A stretch of DNA of 27,034 nucleotides, the filler included, from Perkinsus chesapeaki ATCC PRA-425 (lineage: Eukaryota; Protista; Perkinsozoa): the NCBI GenBank assembly GCA_013115145.1. It is 3 parts of 3 records of this genome, joined end to end, with 100 filler letters (N's around TTAATTAATTAA, not from the genome) between each part and the next. Parts side by side here need not be neighbours in the genome. Positions count along the whole stretch, not along the records: positions 1 to 8,994 come from JAAPAO010000952.1; 2 more parts are not named here. One strand, given 5' to 3'. A program made the translations under genes and the position numbers. Position 1 is the first letter of the stretch; the number at the start of each line of letters is the position of its first letter. The notes under the pieces are model-generated. The model was not told the DNA's origin. It saw only the letters and a program-made list of their open reading frames with translations, and did no database searches. Of the stretch, positions 1-7,918 are shown in pieces.

Positions 1-7
1 TCTAGCA

Positions 8-2431
8 CTAGCTTAATGATGAAAGAGAATCTTGTGGTATAAAGGAATCGCAAGATAACAAGATTCTGCTACACTCGCGCTTAGTCTTGATGTTGCGAAC
101 GCGAAACCTACTCACCACCTTGTCCTTACCGGGCAGCAACTCGAGAATGTGGGCACCGAAGATTTGCTTATCATTCTTGACGAACACAGCTTCACCAACG
201 GAAAAGACGTGCGCGGGAAGACGGCTGTTGGAACCACACTGACGTGCAGACCGATCCTTCAACTGTTGGAAGTGGAAAGACAGGAAAGAGTTCCTGATAG
301 CTGACAACCGACTGGGAGCCGTTTCCACCATACTCGGGAGGATACCGTCTTCGCCAACACGTTTAGAGGCCCCTTGAATAATATCATCAAAGTCGGGACA
401 GTCATCATCCGAGGTCGTAGGAGAGGGGGTAGTCGTGGCAAGTGGTACTGGTCTGGTGTAGTCATCTAGTCGCCGTTGGAAACCGTAAGCTAGCCGGTCA
501 GGAGAAATAACTTCCATATGGTCATCAAAGGTGCTAGAGCCAGAAGACATACCAATAGGGCGAGTATTGCACATGAGCTCAATCTCGAGAAGGAGCATCC
601 GAAGAGCATACGTGTCGTTCACCGAATTGGGGTCGAACTTCTTCAGCAGTCGTTGGATCTTCGGGATGTCGGCCAGGAACTTCAAAACACGACGAATCTC
701 TAAGTTGACTCGCTCGTACACCGCTCCTTCCCAGGGAGAGCGGCTAGCAGTATGGATAGCGCGGATACCTTGTTGACGAAGGCTCCGTGACCACTCCTCA
801 CTGCGAAAGTACGCCGCCCTGTCGGAGAGGAGAAGGATAGGTTTGCCTCGGGACAGTGAGAGCTCTCGTACACCCTGTAAGGCGTGCCGCGTATCCTCCT
901 TGCGGAGATATAGCAGGGTGCAGTGGCGCGTCGCACAGCACACGCATACCAGGACCTTGATACCAGGGGCGAGCGTCATAAAGTCAATACCAACCACAGA
1001 GTAACTGACATAGTCTGGTGACTCGAGGAGTGCTCGGATGTTGAAATAGGGGCCACCGATTGGGAGAGCCCAGGCGAACCGGGCATCAAGGCTAGCACAA
1101 CAAGGGCACTGTCGCCGCACGCGGACCGCACTAGATCGCAGAGCTCGACAAAAGAACGCCTCTATAAAGCGAGAACACATACCAGTCACGCCACAGTGGG
1201 AATAATTGCGATGGATATCGCGCAAGACAAAATCCCTCAGGAGGTCGCTTACCACAGCCCTGTATGCCACTGTGCCATTACTGCAGTTCGAACGAAAGTA
1301 CACCAAGTCATCCAACCTGTAGTAGGGGCCTGCACCACCAGAGTCACAAACCGACAGGGTACCAATATGGGAGTTGGACCTCTGATCGGTACGGAGGAGG
1401 AACTGCAGATCGTCGTTGTCCCATAGGGTCGGAAAGTCGGGAAAGTCCCGGGTGTGTGCTCGATGTCGGCGGCCACGAAGTCGACGGGTCCTGGCTTGTA
1501 CCAACCATACCTTCCAACACCAGTGGTAGACCGCCACCAATGAGCAACATTGATTGACACCCCAGCAGAGCCGAAGAACATCGGATATCAGGGAAGAATG
1601 GTGCTGGTCCGAAGGTACCGGGGATATTATCTTGCAGTTATCGTCGGCCTCCAGGCGTGAACCAATCTCCAAGCACCGAGAAACGTAGTCGGCTTGACAC
1701 AGAATAGTTGCCGATAAGGGATTAACCTCTTGCAAAAGTCGCACGCAGTCAGCGGACACGTCATTAGGAACCTCGGGGCGATCAATATGTCGAGGACAGT
1801 CAGCACCACAAGGCTCAAAGCATAAGTCGTGGGATATCTGCGAATGGAGGAACTCGGCGAGACTAAACACGTCGTCATGATTGTCGGAGATGCCGCCGCC
1901 GATACACCGGTTGAGCAGGTGGTCGTCCACATGAGACAGAAGGCATTGCCGCAAAGTCGACCAAGCCAGCCATTGGTCCTTGCTGAAGTCGGCCTCCTGC
2001 AAAGGCTTATTCCAGGAAACCTTCGAGAACACACCGCCAACTAGCCTCCGGGTCGCATCACAGTAGGGTTTAACCAGGCCGTGCAACCCGACCGGGTCAT
2101 GTCCAATCCCTCCGGCCGCCGCGTAGATCTCGGTCTTCGACCAATGGTCTTGAGCAAGAATCTCGCGAGCAGCTTGTAGACGATCTTGACGGTCACAGAA
2201 CAGGCACAGTGTAGCCACTGGCAGCGGACGGAAGGCTAAGGTTACGCCGAGGGTAGTGGCCTTTGGGCGGATGAACGGCTGCAACTGCTGGAACTCCGGA
2301 CGGCTGGTATCTACCACCAAGATAGCAAACTTCTTGAGGGCCGCCACGAAACCGCAGAGGGCCACGAAATGAAGGAAGACAGAAATGATGGTGTAGATGT
2401 TGGTCAAGTCCAAGAGGCCAAACAAGAGCAT
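8..2431 (-). CDS. Pol C-terminal part: RT thumb/connection, RNase H-like region, integrase (HHCC + DDE core + C-terminal tail)
   Basis: 807-aa ORF. KATTLG is RT motif-7-like; ADYVSR is the RNase H terminal motif; IHRNYSH...CPCC is the integrase zinc-binding motif; GIDF / LSDRA / YERVN give an intact D,D,E triad. Joined to the upstream pol ORF by a -1 shift at 2431. Confidence 0.9.
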   Translation of the reverse strand: MLLFGLLDLTNIYTIISVFLHFVALCGFVAALKKFAILVVDTSRPEFQQLQPFIRPKATTLGVTLAFRPLPVATLCLFCDRQDRLQAAREILAQDHWSKTEIYAAAGGIGHDPVGLHGLVKPYCDATRRLVGGVFSKVSWNKPLQEADFSKDQWLAWSTLRQCLLSHVDDHLLNRCIGGGISDNHDDVFSLAEFLHSQISHDLCFEPCGADCPRHIDRPEVPNDVSADCVRLLQEVNPLSATILCQADYVSRCLEIGSRLEADDNCKIISPVPSDQHHSSLISDVLRLCWGVNQCCSLVAVYHWCWKVWLVQARTRRLRGRRHRAHTRDFPDFPTLWDNDDLQFLLRTDQRSNSHIGTLSVCDSGGAGPYYRLDDLVYFRSNCSNGTVAYRAVVSDLLRDFVLRDIHRNYSHCGVTGMCSRFIEAFFCRALRSSAVRVRRQCPCCASLDARFAWALPIGGPYFNIRALLESPDYVSYSVVGIDFMTLAPGIKVLVCVCCATRHCTLLYLRKEDTRHALQGVRELSLSRGKPILLLSDRAAYFRSEEWSRSLRQQGIRAIHTASRSPWEGAVYERVNLEIRRVLKFLADIPKIQRLLKKFDPNSVNDTYALRMLLLEIELMCNTRPIGMSSGSSTFDDHMEVISPDRLAYGFQRRLDDYTRPVPLATTTPSPTTSDDDCPDFDDIIQGASKRVGEDGILPSMVETAPSRLSAIRNSFLSFHFQQLKDRSARQCGSNSRLPAHVFSVGEAVFVKNDKQIFGAHILELLPGKDKVVSRFRVRNIKTKRECSRILLSCDSFIPQDSLSSLS

Positions 2432-4068
2432 AAGTCGTCAACCCACTGAGCAATACCAGAGTTGCGCATGCGTGCAGGCGGATCCTGCAGGATCTGCTCC
2501 CTCTGGCGCCCGAGTGTACATCCCAGGCCCTCAGGCCCGAAACCGACACCGAAACACACCCTCGATGACTCAAAAAGGCGGCCATCACCGCATCGCAACT
2601 GCAGAGCATTCAGACACCCGTCATGATCACAAAGGTGCAACATGTAGAACGCGCTGTGCATATCTGCACAGACAAGTGCGTGCGGTCGGACAAGACGGAC
2701 GGCTGCCATGACCACTGGCAAAAAAGACGCCGCGCTGGAACTCTTCGGTATGGCGCTGTTCAGAGGGCGAAAGTCACAGACAAGACGAGGCTTGACTGAA
2801 GTGCCAGCACCACCAACCATGAAGACTTCCGCTGCCGCGGGGCCAGCCTGTCCAACGGCCGGCGACCAGTGGTGTCGTTGAAGATATTGGTCGACCAACG
2901 CATCGTGTTGAGCTCGGCGCTCGGCAGTCAGTTGGGAGTACATCTTATCAGCATAGCGACGACTCGGTTTCACCGTCTTTGGTGAAGGACAGCATACCTG
3001 CCACTGGTGAGTCTGGCACCCAGGGAATCGCTCCTCAACTTTGTCCTCCAGAGGTACCAGCGTCGAGTAGAAACCTCGTTGGTCATCACCGAAAGACCTT
3101 CTGGTCTCTAAGTGCTTGCAGTAGCCCGCAGCTTTCTTCTGGCCGTCAGAATCCACCGATAACGACACGAATTCCGCAGCCTCTACCGGCTTACCAACAT
3201 CAGCAGTAGCCAGGCGGAGCACACGGTCGTCGGACGCGAGCAGTGACCGGACATTGTCGACCTCCGACGAGTAGTCATATAGTACCCGTCCTTGACGAAG
3301 GCAGCGTCGGGCCTCGACCAAGATAGAGAGCTGGTCCATGAGGTCGCGCCCCAGGAGGATAGTTGGCCATTCCCCACATCCAAGGCTACAGGTGGATGGG
3401 AGGACTCGCAAGTGCACGTACTCCGAGCACACGGGTTGTCGTTGGTCATGATCGAGCAGCGTCAGAAGACCAGGAAGGTACAAACCAACTCTGACAATGG
3501 AGCCGTTAGCCACTTTGACACTGAAGCTGTCCTGGAGGGTCTTCGGGGAGACGTTGAAGGAAGACACATCCGAGGTGGCAATATACGAATGCCCTGCTGC
3601 TGAATCAACGACACACCGAACAGAAGTCCCGCAGAAGTCAGCATTCAAGGTGACTTCCGGTAAGATCTGCAGCGAGCGCACGACATCGTCACATTGAACG
3701 TTGCACTCGGAGACAAAAGCAGGTGTCGAACGGCAAGCACCGGCGTCGCTGGACAAGACGGGGTCCACGGGCGAAGAGCTGGAGTCGTTGGACAAGACGG
3801 AGTCCACAGGCGGAGAGCTGGAGTCGTTGGACAGGACGGAGTCCACAGGCGGAGAGCTGGAGTCGTTGGACAAGATGGAGTCCACAGGCGGAGAGCTGGA
3901 GTCGTTGGACAAGACGGAGTCCACAGGCGGAGAGCTGGAGTCGTTGCAGTCGTCGATCGCCCGAGCAATAGTATAGGCATGAATTGATGAATTGGCAGAT
4001 GCAGAAGGAGAGGTATGGGTCTCGGGGCTTACTGCCGTCCTCTGCCACGAGACCCGCGGCCGTTTCCC
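2404..4068 (-). CDS. Pol N-terminal part: repeat linker, aspartic protease, RT palm
   Basis: Track ORF 2404..3924; its frame is open upstream to 4071. Motifs: VVDSAAGHSYI (protease), KPRLVCDFRPLN, ADMHSAFY, RVCFG and QWVDD (RT). Confidence 0.9.
   Translation of the reverse strand, partial: GKRPRVSWQRTAVSPETHTSPSASANSSIHAYTIARAIDDCNDSSSPPVDSVLSNDSSSPPVDSILSNDSSSPPVDSVLSNDSSSPPVDSVLSNDSSSSPVDPVLSSDAGACRSTPAFVSECNVQCDDVVRSLQILPEVTLNADFCGTSVRCVVDSAAGHSYIATSDVSSFNVSPKTLQDSFSVKVANGSIVRVGLYLPGLLTLLDHDQRQPVCSEYVHLRVLPSTCSLGCGEWPTILLGRDLMDQLSILVEARRCLRQGRVLYDYSSEVDNVRSLLASDDRVLRLATADVGKPVEAAEFVSLSVDSDGQKKAAGYCKHLETRRSFGDDQRGFYSTLVPLEDKVEERFPGCQTHQWQVCCPSPKTVKPSRRYADKMYSQLTAERRAQHDALVDQYLQRHHWSPAVGQAGPAAAEVFMVGGAGTSVKPRLVCDFRPLNSAIPKSSSAASFLPVVMAAVRLVRPHALVCADMHSAFYMLHLCDHDGCLNALQLRCGDGRLFESSRVCFGVGFGPEGLGCTLGRQREQILQDPPARMRNSGIAQWVDDLCSCLASWT
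3745..3946. repeat. 39-bp tandem repeat, 5 copies plus a partial, encoding (DSSSPPVDSVLSN)n in Pol
   Basis: Unit GTCGTTGGACAAGACGGAGTCCACAGGCGGAGAGCTGGA at 3745, 3784, 3823, 3862 and 3901, with few substitutions. Confidence 0.97.
4017..4068 (-). promoter_or_regulatory. Putative programmed -1 ribosomal frameshift signal (G_GGA_AAC, 6-nt spacer, hairpin)
   Basis: Heptamer at 4068-4062 is phased GGA AAC in the upstream ORF; a -1 slip enters the pol frame. Stem GGGTCTCG (4055-4048) pairs with CGAGACCC (4024-4017). Confidence 0.8.
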
Positions 4069-4310
4069 GACTTAGGGGAAAACGGTCGTACCGTTAGGCC
4101 CAACGACGAATTGCTGGCAGAAGCAAGCTTGGAGTGCATCTCGTTGGAGTCAGTGAAAGCCGCCAAGCCATAGGTATGGCCTCTAGAATGATGCACCACC
4201 ATGCAGTCCTTAGCACCCAAGCTCCGGAAATGAGCTTCCAAGTCGGGAACAGAGACCTGGTTCATGTCGGTACGGAAGTACATCACCGAGCCAGCAGGGT
4301 CCTTTCGCAC
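4029..4310 (-). CDS. RRM-like domain with RG-rich tail (gag C-terminal / nucleocapsid-position ORF)
   Basis: SVMYFRTD (beta1-like), SVPDLEAHFRSLG (helix 1), HTYGLAAFTD (RNP1-like), LTVRPF (beta4-like), then GNGRGSRGRGRQ*. Same frame as gag; open from 4388; GTG start in the track. Confidence 0.6.
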   Translation of the reverse strand: MRKDPAGSVMYFRTDMNQVSVPDLEAHFRSLGAKDCMVVHHSRGHTYGLAAFTDSNEMHSKLASASNSSLGLTVRPFSPKSGNGRGSRGRGRQ

Positions 4311-4637
4311 GAAAGTCGAGTTGGAAGGGCGTGTTGTAGACCTGTGTGAGCGAGCCTCTCCTTCGGGATACAGGGCGAGCGAGATTCACAGTGGTCGCGC
4401 AAGCCTGACCGTTTCGGGCGAGCGAGATTTACAATAGACAACCTTTGTGCGTAGGCTAGTTAGATACGAGGTGTAGCACTGAGTGAGTGCAACAGAATTG
4501 ATACTTGATTGTTGTTATCTTAAGTCGTCCCTTAAGGTAATCTATCACTGTATTGGTCAACCTATCCTATCGTCCGTATTGAGACGTGTATTGAGTTATT
4601 ATAGTACTTGGTCCGGCACAGGGAGCTCGCGCATAAA

Positions 4638-5924
4638 CTAAACCTTAGCGTCAAGCAACAGGCGGAAATCATCGTCCCTGACACGGCGCACGTGATCCTG
4701 CCTCCTGCCATTCTGCCCTTGAAGACTCTCCGAAATCTCGAAAGACCGTGCCACATGGGAAAGGGTAGTGGTCAAGCAGACAGATGGAGTACATAGCGCC
4801 GGGGCCGCGTCTTCATGCAGTAGAATGTGGTCCTCCCAGCAGTAGGCGAACTCTGGCGGTAAGTTAGCGAGGATCTGCGTCGTCACAGCCTTCAGAAAGT
4901 CGGTTGGCAACTTCGACAGGAACTTCTGCACTAGACCCCGGAACTCGGCCGGTTCATTAGCAAACACACTTGACCACAAGTTGCTAATGGCGATGATCTG
5001 CTGATTGAAAGCCTCCACCATCTCTACAGAAGTAAAGCGTAGAGCCTTAAGGCGCTTACTCACCTCCGTACGAAGTGTAGTCTTCTTGCTAAAGGTACGC
5101 GATAGCGTAGTGATGACCGTGGACCATTTGTGCTTGCAACTGGTAGCCATACTAACAGCCAGGCGATGGACCTCATTGCACTTTTCCACGGAGCCCAGGA
5201 ATTTCAGTACCAACTCGGTCTCTTGCACCAAGGGCTCAAAGATGCCGTTCTGGAAAGTGCCATATCCATGGCCCGCGAAGATGGTACAAATAAGCTCCAG
5301 GTGCTGAGGAAACGCAAATGCGTCCAACAGAGTAGGGACAAGGATCTTGCCCAAGGGCACCAAACCCTTAGCACGCGACGAAGTGGACTTGATGGCAGTA
5401 GTGGACTCACTTCCAGCGTCTGTCAGAGATGGGCCCGAGTGTCTAACACCTGAGCCTTCAAGCGGGACCTCGTCGTTGATGGGGTCCGCAACCGGGGGAA
5501 GTTGATTACCAACCGGTGACTGTGGTGTGGGCGGCGGTAGAAGCTTAGCAGTGTCACTGTGGAGTCTTTCTTCAACAGCTCGTTCGGCCGCCGCTACAGC
5601 CACGGTAGCATCACTCAACTGGTTCTCCAGCTGGTCCTCCTCGGCCAGTAGGCTGTTGTAGTCGGGGTCGTCCTCGAGATTGTAGTCGTCGTCCGCGTTC
5701 TCGTCGTCGTCGTCGTTGACATATTCCTCGATGGCCTTCTTGACACGCTCCAGACGATTCGAGAGTTTAGTCCGCTTGCAACGAGCAGCAGTGCGAGCGG
5801 CTTTCAGCTGCGAGAGGGTCGGCGGAGGGGCATCAGGTATAATCCTGCCGCTGTCGCCAAGTTGTTGCCCAACTCCACCTTCACCACTCGCATCGTGACC
5901 ATTAACACTAGACGTAGGAGACAT
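4638..5924 (-). CDS. Gag-like protein of element 1
   Basis: 428-aa ATG-initiated ORF upstream of pol: acidic/coiled-coil N-terminus, Pro-rich linker, helical capsid-like C-terminal half. Assigned mainly by position. Confidence 0.75.
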   Translation of the reverse strand: MSPTSSVNGHDASGEGGVGQQLGDSGRIIPDAPPPTLSQLKAARTAARCKRTKLSNRLERVKKAIEEYVNDDDDENADDDYNLEDDPDYNSLLAEEDQLENQLSDATVAVAAAERAVEERLHSDTAKLLPPPTPQSPVGNQLPPVADPINDEVPLEGSGVRHSGPSLTDAGSESTTAIKSTSSRAKGLVPLGKILVPTLLDAFAFPQHLELICTIFAGHGYGTFQNGIFEPLVQETELVLKFLGSVEKCNEVHRLAVSMATSCKHKWSTVITTLSRTFSKKTTLRTEVSKRLKALRFTSVEMVEAFNQQIIAISNLWSSVFANEPAEFRGLVQKFLSKLPTDFLKAVTTQILANLPPEFAYCWEDHILLHEDAAPALCTPSVCLTTTLSHVARSFEISESLQGQNGRRQDHVRRVRDDDFRLLLDAKV

Positions 5925-6329
5925 TAGAGAATAATAGTGATATACAAGCCCAAACAGAATCTCAATTGGGGGCTAAAAATGTGCATACGTGCAACGGCCG
6001 TTTCATCACGAACCGTTTCATCTTCACAGCTGCCAGCGCTCGCCTGACGGCCAGTCATCGGAGCTGTAAATACTTCTCAATCGGCATCACTAAGTCTCTT
6101 TCTTACGCCTCCGTCAGCTTTATGTTGGAGTGTATCTCTAGCACTTAATATGCTTTTGGATTGGTCACGACGAACGGCGTCGCTTTGGAGTATTTGTTTA
6201 GATTATTTGCTAGCATATACGGTTGCACGCATACGTTAAGGTTATCTGTGCCCCTGTTATTCATTGTGCGCCGCTCGCTCCCTTGTACATGCGTGCACAG
6301 CTACTGTAAATCCCCCTGGCAGGGAGGAT

Positions 6330-6362
6330 CTTACATTGGCAGGGGGCCCCTGCGAATGTAAG
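6330..6362. repeat. 33-bp near-perfect palindrome in the putative 5' leader of element 1
   Basis: CTTACATT-G-GCAGGGG-G-CCCCTGC-G-AATGTAAG: 8-bp and 7-bp arms separated by one mismatch. Confidence 0.85.
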
Positions 6363-6981
6363 CTGAATAAGAAGAAGCCTTTGTAGACTCCCTTCTCGCC
6401 TTGTGTTCGTCCATATGAACGAGGAACAACCAACAGCCCCTGACAAGCCTTGGGTTGGGAGTTCTTTCCGATACTTAACAACTATCACAATGCATTTGCT
6501 TGCTACCCCTACTAGGCCGAACTGAAACCTGATTTGCATTAGACTAGTCAAACCGGGCCGGTTCTGCGATGTGCTCTACGATAAGTTCTTGACCCCTGTG
6601 ATGTTAAGCAGTAAAACATAGATTGCTAATTTACTGGTAAGTCCGCTCAGAAGTACAGAACATTTGGTGTTGTCCTGTTACTAGTGTAACGCAAGGGAAG
6701 ACTTGAGATTAAGAGTCGAGATGAGTAGACGACAGCTATCTTTCACACCAATGTGTGGAGACTAATAATGGGGGTACTACCCCCATTATTGCCTTCGTAC
6801 CGTATATCCCAACCTCCTCAACATCACTCTCATCCAACTTACAGAATGGGCTACTTCGTCCGAAAAGGCTAACAACAAGAGCGTCAAACCACTCGCTTCT
6901 ACTGCATCATCAACCTCTACGTCTACTACTGCATTGCCTCAACAACGACTACAATCACAGGTGCCATTGAACCAACAAGTA

Positions 6982-7037
6982 TGTCGCAATTTTCTCCAAG
7001 GACGGTGTATCTATGGAGATGATGCTTTCGTTCACAT
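6982..7037 (+). pseudogene. CCCH-type zinc finger (C-x7-C-x5-C-x3-H) split by a 1-bp deletion
   Basis: Frame 1 reads CRNFLQGRCIYGD. After two leftover bases (GA), frame 3 reads CFRSHDP and continues without a stop into the protease ORF. Confidence 0.8.
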
Positions 7038-7103
7038 GATCCTAAAACTACGACATCCACAACTAATACTACACCTTCAACTAATACCAACGACACCACC
7101 GAT

Positions 7104-7913
7104 TTGACAACTAACAAAGGAGCTTTCGGATCTGTAGACTCTGGGTTATCTGGTACAACCACAGTGACTATTCACGTTCACCCTACAACATTCGAGAAGC
7201 TGGCTATGGTGGATAGCGGTTGCACCCATTCATTGTTATCTTATGATCCTATAGCTTCTACTCTTGTCCCACATGTTCGACAGCTCCCGGAACCAGTACA
7301 TCTTCATTGTTTGAATGGTACACAACTAGAAGCTACATCTTGCATCACTCTACTGTGGAAATTCGTAGATGATCCACACAACACTGCAAGGTCTACTACT
7401 TTCCTAGTCACATCATCGCTACCTCCTCCTATCGTTCTGGTGCTTGGGTATACTACCCAAAAAGCGGAGTCGTTCTACATCAATCCTATTGACGACACTC
7501 TTATCTTATCCCCACCTGCTGACGATTCGTCATCTGTTGTACATTTATCTCCGCTAACATCACATGGTCCCATTATCGTATCCAAAGATAAGTATTTTAC
7601 AATAACTGCTGTGCCTATCGACGATATGCATTACAGGTTCTCTGTCGACCTAAACGACCAGTTCATGCCTCCCTCCGATTCTGCACTTCACAAAAAACCA
7701 TCCAACAAAAAGATTCATCCACGCTTACTTGAAGCCGATGATGATCTGGTCGACGATGTTAATGGCAAATTGGCTACGTTCGTCAAAGAGGGACGATTGG
7801 TTCCTTTTCACGGTAAACTTGAGTTCGCGAGATATACTACCCCTTACTTTCCTACCGTGGTAGAAAGCGAGCAAGACCTATATTCCCTTTCTGTAAACTT
7901 AATCATGACTTAA
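7104..7913 (+). pseudogene. Aspartic protease plus start of RT of element 2
   Basis: LAMVDSGCTHSLL protease motif. The true reading shifts to frame 2 near 7823-7860 (GRKRARPIFPFCKLNHDLNYMLKD). Confidence 0.8.
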
Positions 7914-7918
7914 ACTAT

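Larger units (their letters stand above)
1..6700 (-). mobile_element. Ty3/gypsy-like LTR retrotransposon (element 1); 3' end runs off the window, 5' boundary approximate
   Basis: Domain order gag - protease - RT - RNase H - integrase on the minus strand, with integrase after RNase H as in Ty3/gypsy. LTR and PBS could not be identified because the second LTR is outside the window. Confidence 0.9.

Noticed and set aside
3645-4048. Multiple overlapping ORFs on both strands across 3645-4048
   Set aside because: By-products of the stop-poor 39-bp tandem repeat.
5990-6250. Coding-like, stop-interrupted stretch upstream of gag on the minus strand
   Set aside because: Short, no motif, and not distinguishable from leader/LTR sequence.
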